Shown here: piece after piece, positions 11,599-19,382 of the stretch
Position numbering within the stretch: position 1 is the first letter of the stretch
Layout of the letters: each line of letters begins with the position of its first letter
Assembly: GCA_041483895.1 (NCBI GenBank)
Contig: JBGPGO010000010.1
Coordinates: 32,001 to 96,000 of the forward strand
Reading direction: 5' to 3'
From: Fimbriimonadia bacterium
Lineage (GTDB): Bacteria > Armatimonadota > Fimbriimonadia > Fimbriimonadales > JABRVX01
DNA length: 64,000 bases
Program-made: the position numbers and the translations under genes
Notes under the pieces: generated by a model
The model's input: the letters and a program-made list of their open reading frames with translations, nothing else
The model's database searches: none
What the model was told of the DNA's origin: nothing

Positions 11599-12897
11599 AT
11601 GGAAGAACTCCGGACAGGTACATGGCTATTGCATATGGCGAAGCATTTGGGTGCTGTCGACACGGCGTCCGACGAATTGTCTTACTTTGATTGTGCTTAT
11701 GAAGCAGGAAAAGCAGGCAGCCTCCGGGGCCGGATGGCTGCCGATACAGCCGAAATCATTAATTGCGGGCAGTTGAAGGTATTTGCAAGGGCGGCTGGGG
11801 TGCGGAAACCAGAAATCAGTACTTGCCTTCGCCTCCTAAAGAATCAAGGAAGGATTGATTTCACGACCAACTCAGAGGGAGAGCCGGTTGAAGTCGAGGT
11901 ATATATCTTCTCAAGCAAGGACGCGATTGAAACAACCGCCCGCATATTTGGAGTGTCTGATGCTACTGATGAGGAAAGGGGCTCCATCGTTACACTTGAG
12001 GAGACTTTTCACCTACCCCTTACTAAACAGGAGATGTTGAGCAATCTTCATCGTGCTGGTTGTGATGATGAATCTGCGGAATTCTCTGTGGAACTCCAGG
12101 TAGCACTAAGGTTGGTAAAGTCGTCAGATGTTGGAGGGAAGACCCTCTACTTCAATGAATACGCATTTGCAGATGATCCGATGAAGGTAGTAAGGGCTTT
12201 CGCTTCTATGAATCCAGAACTCTTGCGAAATATTCGGGACGTGCAAGATATGCTAAAAGCGCAACCTGGCTATCCGCTGGAATCCTTGAAGAGGAGCTTC
12301 CCGCATCACGCATTGGAAGCGATGGAGGGAATCGGACTGATCGATGTTATGCCAGTTCGCTCACCAAATGGGATTGCAATGTACGTAACGATTCCGCAGT
12401 TAAGGGGCGTGGCTATTGGCGAGCCGTTCCTGTCGGCGGATGTCTTTCACAAAGCCAAGACGTTATTGAACTGTCTGCGATATGGTCAATTCAATTCGAG
12501 ACCGGGGCGAGGCAAAATTGTGGACGATGCGATGCTGCGCGCAATTGTCGCAAAGCTCGTTCGGGGAGAGGAACTTGCTCCTTCGACGGCCGCAGCCGAA
12601 GACTACCGCGTCCTTGAAAAAGATGGGGTCATTGAGACGCGAGAGGATGCTGGGACGATGCGCATTATGAAGTTGAGACAGCTCGAGGTAGGACGGATCG
12701 TTCTTCAAATGCTTGATCATAATGCCGCTCTTCCAGAAGCTGATTACGGACCCTTGACAGACCTGGGTGTTGCGTCGTTCGACAGGGACATTCCAGAAGT
12801 CAGCCGGTCTGCCATTCTGGCTCACAAGAGCAAGGAAGTGATTGAAGCCCACAATCTCATGCTCCAGGCTGTTCGAACAGGAGGTAGATCGCAATGA
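11599..12897 (+). CDS. Hypothetical protein, possibly with winged-helix elements; first gene of an AT-richer islet
   Basis: Long ORF (433 codons from the ATG at 11599); ATGA overlap with the next gene; L..LK..G.IDF and Y..LE..GVI resemble wHTH segments. Confidence 0.7.
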   Translation: MEELRTGTWLLHMAKHLGAVDTASDELSYFDCAYEAGKAGSLRGRMAADTAEIINCGQLKVFARAAGVRKPEISTCLRLLKNQGRIDFTTNSEGEPVEVEVYIFSSKDAIETTARIFGVSDATDEERGSIVTLEETFHLPLTKQEMLSNLHRAGCDDESAEFSVELQVALRLVKSSDVGGKTLYFNEYAFADDPMKVVRAFASMNPELLRNIRDVQDMLKAQPGYPLESLKRSFPHHALEAMEGIGLIDVMPVRSPNGIAMYVTIPQLRGVAIGEPFLSADVFHKAKTLLNCLRYGQFNSRPGRGKIVDDAMLRAIVAKLVRGEELAPSTAAAEDYRVLEKDGVIETREDAGTMRIMKLRQLEVGRIVLQMLDHNAALPEADYGPLTDLGVASFDRDIPEVSRSAILAHKSKEVIEAHNLMLQAVRTGGRSQ

Positions 12898-14093
12898 GCC
12901 CAAAAAAGGAAATGCTTGAGAAACGCGGCGATGCAATTGAGTTCGCTGCTGCATCCCTTTTTCAATCACAGGGCTTTCTAGTAAGAAGATCGCTGCCACT
13001 ACGACTTGCTGCAAACCTTGATGCAACAGACGTGGACGTGTTCGGCGTCAAGTTCGTTTATCCATTCCAGCCGGTTCGATTGATCTGTGACTGTAAAGAT
13101 CGTATGAAGTCCCAGGCCATGGAGAGGGTGTTTTGGGCCAAAGGACTCAGTTCATGCATCCAAGCCAGCGAAGTTTATGTCGCTGCGCGGAGCGCTCGGT
13201 CGGAGGTCGTCCAGTATGCGAGTCAACACGGCGTCCGGGTACTGACCGAAGAAGTGCTCAAAGAATTCATTGATTCTGGAGCGATACAGCAGGGACTTGA
13301 ATACAGTCACGCCGATGCCAACGCAATGGGGAGTTTCGTGCCAACGATTAAAGATGGCATAGCGAGAGATCCGCGAGCTAAGAAACTCATCGATGAATCG
13401 GTTCTCATGTTTCATGGGGCAAATCCTTTTGAAGATCTCAACGTATCTATCGATAAAATAGCGCTTTGCGCTGATAGCTTGCTCTCAGTCGGAGCCACTG
13501 ATCCGACGGTGCGATTTGCTTATGCATATGCGATGTGCAACTACATTGTTGTGGTGTCGTTGCAACTACTCTTAATTGCATCTGAAACTCTTTCGATGAC
13601 TCGGCAGGCTCGAAAGAGTTACATGCTTCAGCGATTAACGTATGGGGCAATGAACCGTTCACAGGTCCATGCCATTCTTGATGCAGCAATGAAATTTGCC
13701 CGTCGATCAACGGAGCCGATTAGCAGAAAGACAGATCAAGTTGCATTGCCTTTAGCGGAAAAGCTTTTCCAGCCGCCACCGTACGCTGACGATGTCGTGG
13801 GGCTGGTTGAACGCGCCATCGCCAATCCGAAGATGTACCATTCTCTACCTGCGGCCTTGGACTTTGTTTTGTTTGACGGAGGGCTATTCAAAGGGGGATT
13901 TGACGGTCAGATGTTTGCCAGAGTGTTTACAACGAGCCCAGGATCTGACGTAATAAAGGCCACTAAGAATGTATTCGCGTTTCTCAAACAACATACGCCT
14001 TTTACACAGAGCATGGTGATGCCGACGGTCGATTTGCCCAATGAAGCGGTCTCGAAAGATCCGGTGGCCCCATTACCCGGGCTGGGAATCTAG
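12894..14093 (+). CDS. Protein with N-terminal restriction-endonuclease-like PD-(D/E)xK domain and helical C-terminus
   Basis: E.AA...F...G..V.R ... TDVDV ... ICDCK spacing typical of Mrr/REase-like nucleases. Confidence 0.7.
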   Translation: MSPKKEMLEKRGDAIEFAAASLFQSQGFLVRRSLPLRLAANLDATDVDVFGVKFVYPFQPVRLICDCKDRMKSQAMERVFWAKGLSSCIQASEVYVAARSARSEVVQYASQHGVRVLTEEVLKEFIDSGAIQQGLEYSHADANAMGSFVPTIKDGIARDPRAKKLIDESVLMFHGANPFEDLNVSIDKIALCADSLLSVGATDPTVRFAYAYAMCNYIVVVSLQLLLIASETLSMTRQARKSYMLQRLTYGAMNRSQVHAILDAAMKFARRSTEPISRKTDQVALPLAEKLFQPPPYADDVVGLVERAIANPKMYHSLPAALDFVLFDGGLFKGGFDGQMFARVFTTSPGSDVIKATKNVFAFLKQHTPFTQSMVMPTVDLPNEAVSKDPVAPLPGLGI

Positions 14094-14201
14094 GCAATCA
14101 ACCTGACTTTGCAGTTCGGCTGCAGTCGAATTCAAGTTCTGAGGTTAGCCGGTCGGTCAATATCGATATCTCGACACTAATAGACGTCATCCTTAACCAC
14201 G

Positions 14202-14243
14202 GTAGGCTTCTCATGAATCTGCAACAATTCATGAGAAGCCTAC
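14202..14243. repeat. Perfect 17-bp inverted repeat (terminator or GTAG-footed REP-like element)
   Basis: gtaggcttctcatgaat-ctgcaaca-attcatgagaagcctac. Confidence 0.8.
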
Positions 14244-14245
14244 TG

Positions 14246-14330
14246 AGGAAGCGGCGGGATTCGAACCCGCGAGGCCTTTCGACCTAGACGATTTTCAGTC
14301 GCCCGCCATAAACCACTCGGCCACGCTTGG
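14246..14330 (-). tRNA. tRNA-like element or pseudo-tRNA: Ser-type class II body, anticodon reads GAA, first two acceptor pairs broken
   Basis: Minus strand CCAAGCG TG GCC-GAGTGGTTTAT-GGC G GGCGA-CTGAAAA-TCGTC T AGGTC-GAAA-GGCCT C GCGGG-TTCGAAT-CCCGC CGCTTCC T. Confidence 0.8.
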
Positions 14331-14508
14331 GATAACCTCTGGACATCCCGAGATTGACCTCGATGGCAACCGTATTATACCTAATTCGTCATTCCATTTT
14401 GGGGCATCCATCCGGCGTGAACGGATGAGCCCATTACTCGCCCTATGCAAGGAAACCTGCAACGTCATCGTTGGCGGTTTCCGAAGAAGTGTGGAACCAG
14501 TTAACCTG

Positions 14509-14682
14509 ATGTCTCTGAAAGCCTATATCTGGTTCGGGATGGCGGTGGGTTCGACCGTTGGGTCCTACGTGCCGGTAGTTCTGGGGGCCGACATGTTCTC
14601 CGCTTGGTCGGTCATTGGCAGCGCCGTCGGTGGCATCGCCGGCATTTGGGCTGGGTTCCGCATCGGCAACAGTTACTGCTGA
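14509..14682 (+). CDS. Small glycine-rich two-TM membrane protein
   Basis: 57 aa with two hydrophobic Gly-rich helices. Confidence 0.6.
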   Translation: MSLKAYIWFGMAVGSTVGSYVPVVLGADMFSAWSVIGSAVGGIAGIWAGFRIGNSYC

Positions 14683-14694
14683 TCGAGAAGAAGA

Positions 14695-14820
14695 ACCCCC
14701 ACCCAACCCTCCCCCTTTCCCAGGCTAACGCCTGAAAAAAGGGGAGGGCTTCTTCCAGACCCACTACCCAAACCCCTCCGCCTTTTCCAGGCTGACGCCT
14801 GAAAAAAGGGGAGGGCTTTT
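14695..14820. repeat. Tandem REP-like palindromes (family A, CCCTCCCC...GGGGAGGG)
   Basis: Two units of ccctcc..cttt.ccaggct.acgcctgaaaaaaggggagggct; related units at 39160 and 55601. Confidence 0.75.
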
Positions 14821-14900
14821 TCCTTTTCCCCAGCCCTTCGGCAATCTAACGGCAGGCTGGAGCACGAACATCTTCGCGCCTCAGATATAATCCGCGCAGT

Positions 14901-15755
14901 ATGGCCATTGGCAAGCAAATTCGTCTCAACAGGCTCTTCGCTCACCCATCCGGTCGGTTCTGTTCGGTCGCCGTTGACCATTTCGTGGGCTATGCGCATG
15001 GCATGCCCGAGGGTCTGATCGACCTCCGCAAGGCGTTGTCCGCCATTGTCGCAGCACGTCCGTGCGCCGTGACGATGCAAAAGGGCACGGCGCTCACCTG
15101 CTGGGCGCCCCACGCGGGCAAAGTTCCGATGATCATCCAATCCGGCTGTTTCACCCCCGACGATGGCATCATCGAGACACTGAGCAACCCGGAAGAGTGC
15201 GTTCGATTGGGTGCGGATGCGATCGCGATTGCCATCGGCGTGCGGGGCCCTAACGAGGGCCGATTTATCAAGATTCTTTCCGACGGGGTGGATGCCGCAT
15301 CGCGATTCGATCTGCCTGTCATCGCGCACATCTATCCGCGTGAGTTCAGCCGGCAAGATGCCAGCGTTACCAGGGACGCGGAAGGCCGGCAAGATGCCAG
15401 CGTTACGTTAGGCGGCAAGATTGTGCACGATCCGGACAACATCGCCTGGGCCGTGCGCGTCGGCATCGAGTGCGGCGCGGACGTGATCAAGGTGGCCTAC
15501 ACGGGCGACGTGGCCTCATTCTCTCAAATAGTGGCCTGTTCCCCCGTGCCGGTCGTCGCCGCCGGCGGGCCGCAGACCGACACGTTGGAACAAGCCTTGC
15601 AAGCCATGTCGGAGGTTGTGGAGAGCGGCGCGAAGGGCGCGACGATCGGCCGCAATGTCTGGGGACATGGAGACATCGGCAAGGCGCTGCGAGCCTTCAA
15701 AGCTGTGATTCTTGATCGAATTTCGCCCGCCGAGGCGATCTCGCATGCCGGATAA
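14901..15755 (+). CDS. Class I aldolase (DhnA/LsrF-like) with an in-frame repeat insertion
   Basis: VAVDH, Schiff-base GADVIK..Y, VVAAGGP and GATIGRNVW motifs. Confidence 0.9.
   Translation: MAIGKQIRLNRLFAHPSGRFCSVAVDHFVGYAHGMPEGLIDLRKALSAIVAARPCAVTMQKGTALTCWAPHAGKVPMIIQSGCFTPDDGIIETLSNPEECVRLGADAIAIAIGVRGPNEGRFIKILSDGVDAASRFDLPVIAHIYPREFSRQDASVTRDAEGRQDASVTLGGKIVHDPDNIAWAVRVGIECGADVIKVAYTGDVASFSQIVACSPVPVVAAGGPQTDTLEQALQAMSEVVESGAKGATIGRNVWGHGDIGKALRAFKAVILDRISPAEAISHAG
15349..15406 (-). repeat. Two identical 22-bp REP-like units (family B) inside the aldolase CDS
   Basis: gccggcaagatgccagcgttac at 15349-15370 and 15385-15406, 36-bp period. Confidence 0.9.
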
Positions 15756-16626
15756 GTTCGATATTCTCGGCATTGGCTGCATCGCGGTCGACGACATCTT
15801 CTATGTGGATCAGTATCCGGCGGCGGATTCCAAAGTGCGCGCCAAGAGAATGGAGCGCCGATTTGGCGGATTGACGGGGGTTGCGCTCGTCACGGCGGCC
15901 AAAATGGGTGCCCGCTGCGCTTTCGGTGGGTTGCTCGGGTGCGACGAACTTTCGACATTTGTCGAGCGGCAATTTCATGACAATGGAATTGATACGACGC
16001 CGGCAACAAGAATTTCCGGCGCGAGCCCAATTCGATCCGTAGTAATTGTTGACGCATCAACTCGGACGATCGTTTACGATGCCTCCGGGGCTACCAATTC
16101 CGAGTTCAGCGGCCCAAGCGAAGATACGATTTCGGATTGCCGCGTGCTTTTTCTGGACAGTTTCGATGTCCCCCAATCGCTGCGCGCGGCCAAGATCGCA
16201 AAGCGACATGGAGTTCCCATCGTGGCGGACTTTGAGAGCGATGTCGGGATGCTGCTGTGGCTTGCAGACCACTTGATCGTCGGCGAGTCGTATGGTCGGC
16301 AAATCATGGATGATGACGGTCTCCGTTCGCTCTGGTGCGTCGGTCGGAATGCCGTCGTCGTGACGCGGGGCGAGCGCGGCGCCACCTATCTCTCCATCGA
16401 GCGGCCCGGCGAGGAAATTCAGGCGCCGGCCTTTGCCGTAAACGCCGTGGACACAACCGGATGCGGCGATGTCTTTCATGGCGCATACGCGGCCGCACTA
16501 GCCCAAAATCGCGCCATGGAAGATCGTATTCGGATTGCAAGCGCCGCCGCGGCATCTAAGGCGCAGACCGGCGAAATCCCCACGCGGCAGGAATTGGACT
16601 TGTTCTTGTCAAAACATCTGCCATGA
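15745..16626 (+). CDS. PfkB-family sugar kinase (YihV/sulfofructose-kinase-like)
   Basis: VDTTGCGDVFHGA and VVTRGERG motifs; N-terminal IG.I.VD.I.YV...P...SK pattern. Confidence 0.9.
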   Translation: MPDKFDILGIGCIAVDDIFYVDQYPAADSKVRAKRMERRFGGLTGVALVTAAKMGARCAFGGLLGCDELSTFVERQFHDNGIDTTPATRISGASPIRSVVIVDASTRTIVYDASGATNSEFSGPSEDTISDCRVLFLDSFDVPQSLRAAKIAKRHGVPIVADFESDVGMLLWLADHLIVGESYGRQIMDDDGLRSLWCVGRNAVVVTRGERGATYLSIERPGEEIQAPAFAVNAVDTTGCGDVFHGAYAAALAQNRAMEDRIRIASAAAASKAQTGEIPTRQELDLFLSKHLP

Positions 16627-17948
16627 TCCACCAGCTTCTCAACGGCCTTGCTGAAATCCCAACTCTCGACGTTCACAGCCACCTCGCCGGCGGCCGCCTC
16701 GGCGCGCGCGGATTGCATGACATCCTGCTCTATCACATGGTGGTGAGCGACCTTTACGCCGCGGGCTGTCCCAGTGGCAAGCGCCTCACAGAATTCCCCG
16801 GCTGGCCAGATAAAGCGGAGGCCCACGCCCGCATCCAAGAGGCATTGCCGTACCTGGACAAAATTCGTGGTACAAGCTGCATGTGGGGCGTACGCATTAT
16901 TCTGCGCGACCTATATGGTTGGGACGAGCCGATCACCGAATCGAACTGGCGTCGATTGGATGATATGATCCGGGAGCGAGCCGACGATCGCGCATGGCAT
17001 CACTCGATTTTCGATCGCATCAACGTCAAGAGAACCTGCGCGGAGTATGCCCGGCGCGGCGAAGGCATAGATGATGATCGCCTTCAATATCAGTTGGAAT
17101 GGGGCATGTTCACTCGCACGCAATGGGGCGAGTTCGATACCGCCATCTATGATCTGGAACGAACCTGGGGCCGCCAACCCGAGAGCCCGGTGGCCATCGG
17201 CGGCAAACGCGCTCCGACAGACCGGACGATCCACACGCTGGACGATGTGCACGCCGCAATCCGCCATTATGTTTCTGTCATTCCCCATGACAAATGCATC
17301 TCCACCGCCACCAGCATGTCAACGGACATAGACTATACGCTGCCATCCGATTCGGAGATGGAATCGGCGCTGGCCAATCGCGCGAATGCCGGCAAAAAGG
17401 AACGCGACATCTACGCCGCCTACATCTTGGAGCACTTCCTAACAGAACTAGAAAAGAACGGCAAAGGGATTGTGTTTCAGTTCAGCATCGGCGCGGAACC
17501 TCTGCCTTTCGAGACCGCAAGCCGCCTGAGTCAGCACACGATGGGACAGCTCGCCGAAATTATTGGGCGCCATCTCAACCTGCGGTTCCAGGCATTTCTC
17601 GGCAGCAAGCATGCGAATCAAACGTTCTGCACGATGTGCCGGGAGCTTCCCAATTTCAGCCTGGCCGGATATTGGTGGCACAACTTCTTCCCGCAGACCA
17701 TCCGCCACGTAATGAACGAGCGATTCGACATGGTCCCGACGAACAAGCAGATGGGCTTCTTCTCCGACGCTTACGTCGTGGAATGGGCATACGCAAAGAT
17801 GATCATGGTGCGGAAACAGATGGCGCGAGTTTTCGCGGAGAAGATAGCCCAGGGACAGTACGGAATCGACGACGCCCTCAGTTTCGCGCGTTCAATTCTG
17901 TACGAGAGTCCACAGGAATTTGGGATGATCCCTCGGGTCGTCGTCTAG
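16623..17948 (+). CDS. Amidohydrolase-fold protein, glucuronate isomerase (UxaC)-like
   Basis: DVHSHL metal motif, YHMV.SDL..AG, YWWHNF, FSDA; ATGA coupling to the kinase. Confidence 0.75.
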   Translation: MIHQLLNGLAEIPTLDVHSHLAGGRLGARGLHDILLYHMVVSDLYAAGCPSGKRLTEFPGWPDKAEAHARIQEALPYLDKIRGTSCMWGVRIILRDLYGWDEPITESNWRRLDDMIRERADDRAWHHSIFDRINVKRTCAEYARRGEGIDDDRLQYQLEWGMFTRTQWGEFDTAIYDLERTWGRQPESPVAIGGKRAPTDRTIHTLDDVHAAIRHYVSVIPHDKCISTATSMSTDIDYTLPSDSEMESALANRANAGKKERDIYAAYILEHFLTELEKNGKGIVFQFSIGAEPLPFETASRLSQHTMGQLAEIIGRHLNLRFQAFLGSKHANQTFCTMCRELPNFSLAGYWWHNFFPQTIRHVMNERFDMVPTNKQMGFFSDAYVVEWAYAKMIMVRKQMARVFAEKIAQGQYGIDDALSFARSILYESPQEFGMIPRVVV

Positions 17949-19257
17949 GCCGCCAAGCAACGGAAAGCAGCAAGGTGATGGCGCCGATCCCGATGGCAGG
18001 TTCCGGTACCGGTGTAGATAGGTACACCGAATAAGAACCGCTCGTCGAGGAGTACCATAGAACTTGACCGCTTGCACCAACCGCCATAGGAATGGCGCCA
18101 AGGTAATCTGAGTCACCGAGCGCATCGCGACTGAGACTGAAGTTGTCGACAAAAACCTCCTGCCGCCCATCGGTCTTCGATCCGGCTCCGCCCCACACGG
18201 CACGCCCTTGTGGGTCAAAGCCAATCATCAGTCCGATCACCCGCGAATCCCCCAATACATCTGAAGCAATGTCCGTTGTGTTCCTGTAAACGTAATACGC
18301 TTTTGCGTCCTTGTCATATGCTGACCACAGGACATTTCCAACTCCCCCAAGGACTCCCCCAGGGCGCAAAGTATAAGCTCGATTTCCAAACACAGCCATC
18401 GTTAAATCGGTTGAGTCCATTATCAGGTGTTCGTTGCTATCCGACCAATTCCAGAGAATGTGACCATCATCGCCAATGGCGTCCGGATGAATCGATGCAT
18501 TCACCGGTCCGGAGCCGAGTAAATTGGAGTCAATGTACATTTGGTCATACGAGCCCGTTGCGGAGCCGTGGCCAGCCCAAAAAACATGGCCGAGTGAATT
18601 GATTACTGCGCCTCGCAACAAGCGATTGTTTCCTAACTGGGAGCCGGATAGGATGGTTTGATTTTTGTAGACATCTTCGTTGTAAACTCCGCTCGTCACA
18701 GTTTCTCCCATCCAGATCGCATCCCCAGCGGAGCTAATCGACCAAGCGAATCCGTCGTATAAATTCTTGCCATCGCTCAGGTTCTGTGTGCCTCGATAGA
18801 TTCGCAAATCGGAACCCAGTTTCCTCGCCCAAAGTGGCCGGCCCGTGTCATCTACGCCTTTCACATCGATCTGGAGGTTCGGATCGTTGGATGGAGGTGA
18901 AATATCGGCGGCAAAATCGTGTCCATCGACCATAACCCTCTTGTTGCCCTGCGAATCCGTCGCATAGTAGGCGGTCTGATTGAGGGAATTGATACCCTTG
19001 ACCCACCCATGACTTCCAGAACCGAGGTATTGCTGCGTGAGATTCGTCAAGCCCGCAAAAGCCTGCAAACCCACTCCACTGCGCAATGTCGCGGAAAATG
19101 CTGCTAAGCCCGTTTTGCTGATTCCAGGCTTAACCTGATTTTGATCGCCTGGCATGGAAAGGACATTGCTGAGTAGCAGATCGTGCCGCCATCCCTGAGC
19201 CATCGTTGATAGAACTGTTGCCGTCACAACCAACGTAACGGCGAATAGGTTTCGCAC
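17878..19257 (-). CDS. PEP-CTERM surface protein with internal ~45-aa repeats (paralog 1)
   Basis: Probable GTG start after GGAGG; signal peptide; C-terminal STPVPEP + TM helix + RPRRR. Confidence 0.85.
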   Translation of the reverse strand: MRNLFAVTLVVTATVLSTMAQGWRHDLLLSNVLSMPGDQNQVKPGISKTGLAAFSATLRSGVGLQAFAGLTNLTQQYLGSGSHGWVKGINSLNQTAYYATDSQGNKRVMVDGHDFAADISPPSNDPNLQIDVKGVDDTGRPLWARKLGSDLRIYRGTQNLSDGKNLYDGFAWSISSAGDAIWMGETVTSGVYNEDVYKNQTILSGSQLGNNRLLRGAVINSLGHVFWAGHGSATGSYDQMYIDSNLLGSGPVNASIHPDAIGDDGHILWNWSDSNEHLIMDSTDLTMAVFGNRAYTLRPGGVLGGVGNVLWSAYDKDAKAYYVYRNTTDIASDVLGDSRVIGLMIGFDPQGRAVWGGAGSKTDGRQEVFVDNFSLSRDALGDSDYLGAIPMAVGASGQVLWYSSTSGSYSVYLSTPVPEPAIGIGAITLLLSVAWRPRRRPEGSSQIPVDSRTELNARN

Positions 19258-19382
19258 GCCGCCCTCCCGGCAAAACAAAATCAAACGAACAACTACATTA
19301 TACAGCAGTTTTAATGGCACGGCAACATCGGTCTCGGCATCGGTCTGAAGGATTTATTGACTTACCCGTCAAAATCCATCCC

